DNA of 32,000 bases, taken from Candidatus Nanogingivalaceae bacterium (GTDB lineage: Bacteria; Patescibacteriota; Saccharimonadia; Saccharimonadales; Saccharimonadaceae). Within the stretch, counting starts at the first letter, position 1, and each line of letters opens with the position of its first letter. The stretch lies in NCBI GenBank assembly GCA_015257795.3, contig CP072208.2, positions 120,001 to 152,000 of the forward strand, read 5' to 3'. The notes under the pieces are model-generated. The model was not told the origin of the DNA, did not search any database, and saw only the letters and a program-made list of their open reading frames with translations. The translations under genes were made by a program, and so were the position numbers. This document shows positions 25,098 through 32,000 of the stretch, piece by piece.

Positions 25098-26531
25098 ATG
25101 TTAATTAAAAATAAAGTACAAAATTTGGGGGTTGCAGTAATTGCAACCCTCGTCGGGGCAGCATTTTTTGGTTCAACAGCATTTGCTTATGGGCCAGAAC
25201 GGCAAACTTTTACTGCCGAAAACCCTGCAGATCATGTGACATTTAACTCTATCACAAACAACCCAACAGTTGGTGATGAACGAAATTTCGTTCGAGTTCG
25301 CCAAGTTGGTAGCGCACAATTTGTTGACAGTGTTGATATTGTTCCTGGTCAAGAATATGAAGTTTATGTCTATTACCATAATAATGCAAAAAGTTCTTTA
25401 AATTCAAAAGAAAATAATTATCGCGGTATTGCACTAGATGCAAAACTTCGAACAATTCTACCTTCAAAAATTGCTAAAGGTGGAACAGAACGAGTTATTG
25501 CAGAAATTACTGCAAGTAATGCACGACCACAAAAAGTTTGGGATGAATCTACATTGCGATCACCTTCGCGAGAAGTTGCGTTGCGATATATCCAAGGTTC
25601 AGCCAAAATCACAACAAAAGGAAGCATTAATGGTCAAGCTATTTACGGTGAAAGTCTTCTAGGCAGCGGCGTAAAACTTGGTTTTGATGGTCTAAACGGT
25701 ATCCTTCCTGGATGTGATCACTACTCAGGTTATATCACATATCGATTTAAAGCGGACTATCCTGATTTTGAAACAACTAAAACTGTTTCAAAAGCTGGTG
25801 CAAATTCATTTGCAAAAAGCCAAACTGTAGGTATTAATGACGAAGTTGAATTCAAAGTTACTTACAAAAACACTGGAACAACCCTTCAAAGTAATGTTAA
25901 TATTAAAGATATTCTTCCAGCAGGTATGACACTTGTTCCTGGAACAACTCGAATTACAACTCCATCAGACCAAACTGGTAAAACTTTAAACGATGATATT
26001 TCAAAGGCTGGAATTAATATCGGAAATTACTCAGCTGGTGGTTCAGCAACGGTAGTGTTCCGCGTAAAAATTGATTCTTCAAAATTAATTTGTGGAGCTA
26101 ACACTTTCACAAATACCGCACAAGCGATTACTCAAAATGGTGGAAAATCTGATTCTGCGAAAGTAGTTGTTCAAAAGAATTGTACACCACAAGAGAAAAA
26201 AGAATATTGTGAAATTCCTGGAAAAGGTAATTTGAAGAAAGATGATGTAAACTGTAGCGATAAATGTAAAATCCCTGGTCTTCAACATCTTTCAGCTAAC
26301 GACGCGAACTGTGCTGAAGTTCCAACAGAGCTTCCACACACTGGTCCTGCTGAAGCTGCAATGATGGTAATTGCGATTATGGCAATCACAGGTGCTGTAG
26401 CATACTGGTTCCGAAGTCGTGAAGAGATGAAAAAAGCGACTGCAGGTCTTGCAACAAAAGCAAACGACATCGTTGATCACAAAGCAACAAAAACTGAAGC
26501 TAAAAAATCTGAAAAAGTAGAGAAAAAATAG
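25098..26531 (+). CDS. Secreted surface protein with DUF11-like repeat domain and LPXTG-like sorting motif
   Basis: Signal peptide MLIKNK..AFFGSTAFA/YG. A DUF11/CARDB-like segment reads VEFKVTYKNTGTTLQSNVNIKDILPAGMTLVPGTT...ATVVFRVKI. Two Cys-bounded C.IPG modules are present. LPHTG (26331-26345) is followed by a hydrophobic helix and RSR, then an additional K-rich tail. Confidence 0.8.
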   Translation: MLIKNKVQNLGVAVIATLVGAAFFGSTAFAYGPERQTFTAENPADHVTFNSITNNPTVGDERNFVRVRQVGSAQFVDSVDIVPGQEYEVYVYYHNNAKSSLNSKENNYRGIALDAKLRTILPSKIAKGGTERVIAEITASNARPQKVWDESTLRSPSREVALRYIQGSAKITTKGSINGQAIYGESLLGSGVKLGFDGLNGILPGCDHYSGYITYRFKADYPDFETTKTVSKAGANSFAKSQTVGINDEVEFKVTYKNTGTTLQSNVNIKDILPAGMTLVPGTTRITTPSDQTGKTLNDDISKAGINIGNYSAGGSATVVFRVKIDSSKLICGANTFTNTAQAITQNGGKSDSAKVVVQKNCTPQEKKEYCEIPGKGNLKKDDVNCSDKCKIPGLQHLSANDANCAEVPTELPHTGPAEAAMMVIAIMAITGAVAYWFRSREEMKKATAGLATKANDIVDHKATKTEAKKSEKVEKK

Positions 26532-26542
26532 TTTCAAAAAAT

Positions 26543-26580
26543 AAATAAACCTCGTTAAGTCGGGGTTTATTTTTGTTTTT
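26543..26580 (+). terminator. Terminator after the LPXTG protein gene
   Basis: A stem of about 12 bp, aaataaacctcg / cggggtttattt (one G-U), with a 6-nt loop and a T-run. Confidence 0.65.
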
Positions 26581-26644
26581 GAATGATTATTGGGTGTTAA
26601 AAAGTTCAAAATGCTTATGTCGCACAATTTTTAAAAATAGCAAT

Positions 26645-26676
26645 AAAAAATACCTCTTGAGTAGGGAGGTATTTTC
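26645..26676 (-). terminator. rplU terminator
   Basis: 10-bp stem aaaatacctc / gaggtatttt. On the minus strand it is followed by ttttttatt. Confidence 0.6.
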
Positions 26677-26701
26677 GATATAATGGCTGGCCGCCTTTTT
26701 A

Positions 26702-27010
26702 TTATTTAATCGAAGTAATTTCGATTTTAGTATATTTTTGACGATGTCCGTTTTCTTTGTGAACGCGTTTTTTAGCTTTGTAGCGAATCACACGGATTTT
26801 TTCGCCCTTAACAAGTTCGTCAACAACTTTAGCGGAAACTTTCACGCCTTTCACAAAAGGAGTTCCAACTTCCACTTTGTCGCCATCAATAAGCATCAAA
26901 GCGTCAAGTTTGAGCTCTTTTGTTCCTTGCGGGAGGAGGTCCACCAGAAGGGTCTCTTTTTCGCTAACGATAAATTGTTTACCGCCAACTTTTATGACTG
27001 CTTTTTTCAT
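26702..27010 (-). CDS. rplU: 50S ribosomal protein L21
   Basis: MKKAVIKVGGKQFIVSEKETLLVD...GEKIRVIRYKAKKRVHKENGHRQKYTKIEI is a typical L21. Confidence 0.95.
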   Translation of the reverse strand: MKKAVIKVGGKQFIVSEKETLLVDLLPQGTKELKLDALMLIDGDKVEVGTPFVKGVKVSAKVVDELVKGEKIRVIRYKAKKRVHKENGHRQKYTKIEITSIK

Positions 27011-27142
27011 AAAATCCTCATTTAATTTAATATCTTTATTATTCTATCATAGAAAAACTTAAAAATCAAGTTAAAGTTTATAAATGGTTCTTTTTAAAAG
27101 GTTATGGTTTTTTCAAAAAAAGTATGATATAATGTAGATATT

Positions 27143-27913
27143 ATGAAGGTGATTTCGATAACCAATCAAAAGGGAGGGGTTGGTAAAACTACCAGCGCTA
27201 TTAATATTGCTTACTATATTGCCAAGCGTGGTTTTCGAACACTTCTAGTTGACTTTGACCCGCAAGGAAATGCAACTAGTGGTCTCGGTATAGATAAAAA
27301 TGAGCTTGAATTTACTATGGCAGATGTAATTTCTGGCGAAAAAGAATTAAAAGATATTATTATTAAAACTAATTTTTCGAAATTAAGCATTGCGCCCAGT
27401 ACACCTGTTTTAGCTAATGCCGAGGTTGAGCTTGCATCGGTTAAGGGTCGTTTTTCACGGTTAAAAGATGCTCTAAAAACTGTTGAAGCTGATTTTGATT
27501 ATATTATTTTAGATTCACCACCAAGTTTAAGTTTACTCACAGTTAACGGCTTTATTGCTAGTGATTACTTAATTTTACCTGTTCAGGCTGAGTTTTACGC
27601 AATGGAAGGCCTTGGGCAGTTGTTGGAAAGTATGAAGCTCGTAAAGAAGGGGATGAATCCAAATCTTGAGCTTTTAGGTGTTTTGCCAACAATGGTTGAT
27701 GCAAGAACCACTTTAGGAAACCAAGTTCTTGAAGAGATTAAAAAATTCTTTCCAGATAAGATTTTTTCAAATGCGATACCTCGGAATATTCGCCTAGCTG
27801 AAGCGCCAAGCCATGGTGTGCCAATTGGTGTTTACGATAGGTTTAGTAAAGGTTCGCGTGCATATAAAGCTGTTGCGAAAGAAGTCATTCAACGCATAGA
27901 AAGGGGTAAATAA
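27143..27913 (+). CDS. parA: Chromosome partitioning ATPase ParA/Soj
   Basis: Deviant Walker A NQKGGVGKTT, DFDPQGNAT and IILDSPPSL. Confidence 0.95.
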   Translation: MKVISITNQKGGVGKTTSAINIAYYIAKRGFRTLLVDFDPQGNATSGLGIDKNELEFTMADVISGEKELKDIIIKTNFSKLSIAPSTPVLANAEVELASVKGRFSRLKDALKTVEADFDYIILDSPPSLSLLTVNGFIASDYLILPVQAEFYAMEGLGQLLESMKLVKKGMNPNLELLGVLPTMVDARTTLGNQVLEEIKKFFPDKIFSNAIPRNIRLAEAPSHGVPIGVYDRFSKGSRAYKAVAKEVIQRIERGK

Positions 27914-28800
27914 TGGCGAAAAAAGGTCTTGGCCGAGGTTTTTCTTCACTTATTCCTACAGAAATGCTCGTTGATGAAAAACTTGACTCAGAACTAGGTT
28001 TGGGGCAAGTTGATGGTGAATTGAAAGAAATTAAAGTAAGTGATATTTCACCAGATCCAGAGCAACCTCGTAAATATTTTAACGACGAAAAGCTTAAGGA
28101 GTTAGCTAGCTCCATTGAAATTCATGGTGTTTTGCAGCCGATTGTGGTTGTTCGAAAAGATTCAAAATTTTTAATTGTTGCTGGTGAGAGGCGATATCGT
28201 GCTTCAAAGATTGCTGGCCTGAAGAAAATTCCAGCAATAGTTCGTGAATTTTCAGACCAGAAACGATTAGAGCTTAGCTTGATTGAAAACATTCAACGTG
28301 ATAATTTGAACGTTCTTGAAACGGCTGAAGCATATGCGAAACTTCGTGAACAATTTAATTTAACAGCTAAGCAAATTGGCGAAAGGGTTGGTGGAAGAAG
28401 CGAAAGTGCCATTCTGAACACTCTTCGATTATTAAAACTTCCAAAAATCGTAAAAGATTGTATTTTGGCGGGAAAAATAAAAGAAGGACAAGCTCGACCA
28501 CTACTTAAGATTGATGAAAAAACAATAGAGAAAATCCTTCCAAAGATTATTGAAGAAAATTGGAGTTCTCGTAAAATTGAACAATTTTTGGTAAATTACA
28601 AGAAGCAGAATGAAGGTGATAAAAAATCTGAATCTAAAAAAATGAACAGCAATCCTTTCGAAAAAACCGTTCAACATATTTCAAAACGATTGAGCGCTCC
28701 AGTAGATATTAAAACTTCAGCGCGTGGTTCTGGTAAAATTGTAATTAAATTTAAAACTGAAGAAGAACTCAAAAGACTTGAAGAAATTCTTTCAAAATAA
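27913..28800 (+). CDS. parB: Chromosome partitioning protein ParB/Spo0J
   Basis: KKGLGRGFSSLIP, PEQPRKYF, GVLQPIVV, the arginine patch GERRYRAS and the HTH LTAKQIGERVGGRSESAILNTLRLLKLP. The start overlaps the parA stop. Confidence 0.95.
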   Translation: MAKKGLGRGFSSLIPTEMLVDEKLDSELGLGQVDGELKEIKVSDISPDPEQPRKYFNDEKLKELASSIEIHGVLQPIVVVRKDSKFLIVAGERRYRASKIAGLKKIPAIVREFSDQKRLELSLIENIQRDNLNVLETAEAYAKLREQFNLTAKQIGERVGGRSESAILNTLRLLKLPKIVKDCILAGKIKEGQARPLLKIDEKTIEKILPKIIEENWSSRKIEQFLVNYKKQNEGDKKSESKKMNSNPFEKTVQHISKRLSAPVDIKTSARGSGKIVIKFKTEEELKRLEEILSK

Positions 28801-28830
28801 AAAAACCGAGATTATTCTCGGCTTTTTTAT
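28801..28830. terminator. Bidirectional terminator between parB and lepB
   Basis: ccgag-attatt-ctcgg with A-run and T-run flanks. Confidence 0.5.
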
Positions 28831-28835
28831 ATTCT

Positions 28836-29450
28836 TTAGACTTGTTTATATTCGAAATTTCTAATTTTGTTAAATGGGAAAATTCGAAAGGCGACAGGTC
28901 CAACAATTTTATACAAGGGAACTGTACCAAGGCCACTCCTTGAATCGTAAGAATTATTACCTTCACGGTTATCGCCAGAAACGAATATTTCATTTTCTGG
29001 AACAGTCCATTCACCGTCGTGACTTGTATAACTTTTTGGTTCATGGTTGAAATTGTCATCTGGATTGAAGCCGTTTGGATGGTTTTTATTATAAACTGTT
29101 AACTTACCATTTTCAACTTTAACTTTTTCTCCAGCAAAGGCAATCACGCGTTTAATAATGTATTGATCTCGCATCCCTTCAATATATTGTGGATTTTCGA
29201 AAACAATAACTTCACCACGCTTTGGTGTGAATTTTGTATTTGTAAGGTTTGCCCAGGTTGTCTGAAGGCGACTAATAATCACTTTATCTCCGTCGGCAAA
29301 AGTCGGATCCATACTTGAACCTACTACCGTAAAGCTTTGAAAAATAAAAGTGTTGATTAAAATAGTTCCTAAAGTCACGCAAACTATAAAAATAAAAATC
29401 CCAAAAGTGTCGGCTGCCCAAGGATGCCGTTGCCAAAAATTACTCTTCAT
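28836..29450 (-). CDS. lepB: Signal peptidase I
   Basis: N-terminal TM segment. The catalytic Ser box is VVGSSMDPTF, the Lys box is IIKRVIAFAGEKV, and GDNREGNSYDSR follows. Confidence 0.9.
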   Translation of the reverse strand: MKSNFWQRHPWAADTFGIFIFIVCVTLGTILINTFIFQSFTVVGSSMDPTFADGDKVIISRLQTTWANLTNTKFTPKRGEVIVFENPQYIEGMRDQYIIKRVIAFAGEKVKVENGKLTVYNKNHPNGFNPDDNFNHEPKSYTSHDGEWTVPENEIFVSGDNREGNNSYDSRSGLGTVPLYKIVGPVAFRIFPFNKIRNFEYKQV

Positions 29451-29526
29451 TTTTCCATTTTAACATGTTTCTTGAAGCTTTTCAATTATGGTTATTTTTT
29501 GAAATGTGTGATATAATGAAAGAAGT

Positions 29527-30312
29527 ATGGATTTTATTAAAATTTCGAAAAAGAATTCTTTTTGGGGAAGTATTGCACATATTTTTCTAAATATTATTTT
29601 AGCGGTAACCATATGGCTTTCAATTTACATTACAAAAACGCCGTGGGTTGCAATATTGTTAGTATTTATTAGTAAATGGCGAACTTTTGCGGTTCGACCA
29701 AGGTTTTGGCTTGCAAACGTAAAATCAAATCTTGTAGACTTGATTTTCTCTTTAAGCCTAGTTATTCTAATGTTTTCAACGGGTGTTGATTATATAATTT
29801 CGCAAGGTTTCTTGCTTGCAGTTTATATTTTTTGGCTAACAATAATTAAACCGCACTCATCTGAAAACTCTATGAAGATTCAGGCATTATTAACAGTGTT
29901 TTTCGGTTTATCAGCCTTATATTCTATAACTTACGCTTGGGGCGAAATTCCAGTTTTCGTGGCTGCTTTCTTGCTTGGGTATGCTACTCTTCGTCATATT
30001 CTATCTTCTCGCGTAAATAAAAATATTGAGATCTTAAGCTTATTTTGGGGAATGATTTTAGCTGAATTTGCATGGATTTTTAATTTTTTGGTAATCGGCT
30101 ACAGGATTCTTCTTGCACCATATTTTAACTTTGTTATTCCACAGGCTGCGATAATTTTAACAGTTTTGAGCTTTGTTGCTTTTGATGTTTTGGATAGCGG
30201 AGAAGAGAAGAAGAAAGATATAAAAGAGCTTTTACCGGAAATTATTTTTGCTACAATTTTGATTTTAACGCTGTTAATATTCTTTTCAACAATTCCAGTT
30301 GCGAAAAGCTAA
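29527..30312 (+). CDS. Polytopic integral membrane protein, unknown function
   Basis: About 7-8 hydrophobic segments. No recognisable motif. Confidence 0.6.
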   Translation: MDFIKISKKNSFWGSIAHIFLNIILAVTIWLSIYITKTPWVAILLVFISKWRTFAVRPRFWLANVKSNLVDLIFSLSLVILMFSTGVDYIISQGFLLAVYIFWLTIIKPHSSENSMKIQALLTVFFGLSALYSITYAWGEIPVFVAAFLLGYATLRHILSSRVNKNIEILSLFWGMILAEFAWIFNFLVIGYRILLAPYFNFVIPQAAIILTVLSFVAFDVLDSGEEKKKDIKELLPEIIFATILILTLLIFFSTIPVAKS

Positions 30313-30333
30313 TTTAGAAAATGAGGAGGAAAA

Positions 30334-31521
30334 ATGGATAATAAACCAGATAACGAATTACAAACAAAAGAACTGCAAACGAAAAATAATTCAAAAAACC
30401 AAATTATCATAGCGGTTGTTTTAACTACATTGGTTTTTGGTACAATTGGTATCTTTCAGTTATTTTCAATATTTGGATCGAAAATAAATCAAGGTGCGTC
30501 AATTAATTTTTCAAATAGCAATGAGAATTCAAGTTTTTCAAAACAGTCTGATTCGAATTCGATCGAATCGGTTGCGAGTAGAGTTTCGCAAAGCGTAGTT
30601 TCGATTGTTGGAAAAAGCCAAAGGTCTTTAAGATATTTTAGTTCATCGGTTGAAACGGCTAGTGCTGGAACGGGGATTATCGTTAGTGAAAACGGATATA
30701 TTTTAACAAATAAGCATGTTGTTTCAAAAGCTTCTGAAATTTCAGTTGTTACGAGTGACGGGAACTCTTATGATAACGTAAAAGTTGTATCGACTGATCC
30801 TTTGAATGATATTGCAATATTAAAAATTTCGAACGCAAAAGGTCTTAAAGCTGCTGAACTTGGTGATTCGAAAAAACTAAATATTGGCCAACAGGTAATT
30901 GCGATTGGTAATGCTCTTGGTGAATACGACGGTACGGTTACGAGCGGAATTATTTCTGGTGTTGGTCGAACTGTTGTCGCTGCAGATGGTGCTGGTTCAA
31001 ATAAGGAGATGTTAACAGATATGATTCAAACAGATGCCGCAATTAATACGGGAAATTCTGGCGGACCATTAGTGAATGCACAGGGTCAAGTTATTGGAAT
31101 TAATACTGCCGTAGCTTCAAGCGGTCAGGGAATTGGTTTTGCAATTCCAATTTCTTCTGTTAAAGGGATGCTAAAATCAATTAGCAGGGGTGAAACTCCA
31201 AAACGTGCATATTTGGGCGCTAATTATGTAGCAGTGACTCCACAAATTCAAAAGGAATATAAACTTACTGTTTCGAAAGGTGCTTTGATCAAATCACGCG
31301 TTCGTAGTCGAAATGCTATAATTTCAGATAGCCCAGCGCAACAAGCAGGTCTTCAAGAGGGTGACGTCATTACTAAGATTGATGGGATAGAAGTTTCAAA
31401 AAATACCAGCTTAGGTTCTTTGATTGGCGAAAAGAATGTTGGCGATAAAGTTCAAATTACATACATTCGCAACGGTCAAGAAAAAACAACTTCAGTAATA
31501 CTTGAAGAATACCAAAAATAA
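30334..31521 (+). CDS. htrA: HtrA/DegP-family serine protease with PDZ domain
   Basis: N-terminal TM anchor. The triad contexts are TNKHVV (His), NDIAILK (Asp) and GNSGGPLVN (Ser). The C-terminal PDZ reads GLQEGDVITKIDG. Confidence 0.92.
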   Translation: MDNKPDNELQTKELQTKNNSKNQIIIAVVLTTLVFGTIGIFQLFSIFGSKINQGASINFSNSNENSSFSKQSDSNSIESVASRVSQSVVSIVGKSQRSLRYFSSSVETASAGTGIIVSENGYILTNKHVVSKASEISVVTSDGNSYDNVKVVSTDPLNDIAILKISNAKGLKAAELGDSKKLNIGQQVIAIGNALGEYDGTVTSGIISGVGRTVVAADGAGSNKEMLTDMIQTDAAINTGNSGGPLVNAQGQVIGINTAVASSGQGIGFAIPISSVKGMLKSISRGETPKRAYLGANYVAVTPQIQKEYKLTVSKGALIKSRVRSRNAIISDSPAQQAGLQEGDVITKIDGIEVSKNTSLGSLIGEKNVGDKVQITYIRNGQEKTTSVILEEYQK

Positions 31522-31560
31522 AAAATAATACTAGGGTTATTACTCTAGTATTATTTTTTA
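31521..31560. terminator. Bidirectional terminator between htrA and prmC
   Basis: Perfect 11-bp stem aataatactag / ctagtattatt (31524-31534 / 31545-31555) with a 10-nt loop and A/T runs on both sides. Confidence 0.6.
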
Positions 31561-32000
31561 TCTAAAACGATTGTGTAGTTTTCAGATTTTGATTTAACTA
31601 AACCGCAACTGTTCGCATATTTTTCAATTTCTTCAAATTGGCACGGGTCGGCCTCAAGAATAATTTTTCTTAATTTTGGTAAATCTTGCGCCTGGAATAA
31701 TAGCTCAAAAATAAGTTCTAACCCGTTTTTTCGAGCATAAAGCGCAATTTGTGGCTCATGATGTAGCTCGTTATTCTTTTCAAAGTCAACCCAATCACGA
31801 TTAACGTAAGGCAAATTTGCGGTAATAATTGTGATTTTCGAAAGAATATCTGATGGGATTTTCTCTAATAAATTGCTTTCGAAAAGAGGGATTTCTTGGT
31901 TTAAAAGCTTTTTTGCGTTCAGATTTGCTACAGCGAGAGCTTGTAGAGAAATGTCACTCGCAAAAACTTCAACTTTTTCACCACATTCAGCTTTTAGGGT
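31551..32000 (-). CDS. prmC: Release-factor glutamine N5-methyltransferase (PrmC/HemK-like), 5'-partial
   Basis: The minus-strand frame is open to the window end: ...VEVFASDISLQALAVANLNAKK...ITIITANLPYVNRDW...EPQIALYA. The NPPY catalytic motif is present as NLPY. The track's 31814 start (TTG) is internal. Confidence 0.8.
   Translation of the reverse strand, partial: TLKAECGEKVEVFASDISLQALAVANLNAKKLLNQEIPLFESNLLEKIPSDILSKITIITANLPYVNRDWVDFEKNNELHHEPQIALYARKNGLELIFELLFQAQDLPKLRKIILEADPCQFEEIEKYANSCGLVKSKSENYTIVLDKK

Noticed and set aside
1-32000. Alternative genetic code (for example UGA recoding, as in some CPR lineages)
   Set aside because: All conserved genes read through intact with the standard code, and all three stop codons are used at sensible gene ends. 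Nothing in the sequence suggests recoding.
1-32000. Using TTCGAA-motif depletion as a clean marker of foreign DNA
   Set aside because: The islet and the surface genes are motif-poor, but so are the core genes ftsA and ftsZ. Depletion alone therefore does not discriminate acquired from native DNA in this window.

Overview
Low-GC, gene-dense bacterial window read with the standard code; no in-frame stop recoding is needed. Gene content suggests a reduced-genome, Gram-positive-like lineage, possibly CPR/Patescibacteria (Saccharibacteria-like), but this is inference only. Pointers are the type IV pilin, an LPXTG surface protein, a type-2-like IleRS and compact overlapping housekeeping genes. Most of the window is core housekeeping: def-fmt, priA, recJ, a GT4 glycosyltransferase, rpsU-yqeY, adk-map, a CDF transporter, tRNA-Thr/tRNA-Tyr, ftsA-ftsZ-nrdR, ileS, rplU, parA-parB, lepB, htrA and prmC (partial). 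Accessory or unusual content follows. (1) An AT-rich islet (about 16243-18850) lies between the ftsAZ-nrdR operon and ileS. It carries a translationally coupled pair: a 2-TM SLATT-like membrane protein and a SMODS/CD-NTase-like nucleotidyltransferase with an extra C-terminal domain. This is the best candidate for a poorly characterised second-messenger, abortive-infection-type defence module. (2) The palindrome TTTCGAAA (core TTCGAA) is strikingly over-represented across the window, in all codon phases. (3) A T-box-like leader precedes ileS, with an ultrashort specifier hairpin and an atypical expression platform. (4) A type IV pilin gene is split by a 1-nt frameshift. (5) The NrdR homologue has none of the four zinc-ribbon cysteines. 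(6) A three-gene insertion interrupts the conserved priA/def-fmt neighbourhood. (7) A surface-protein cluster (22145-26531) contains perfect in-frame tandem repeats and an LPXTG-like protein with an unusually long tail. All family assignments come from motif recognition by eye. No database search was run.
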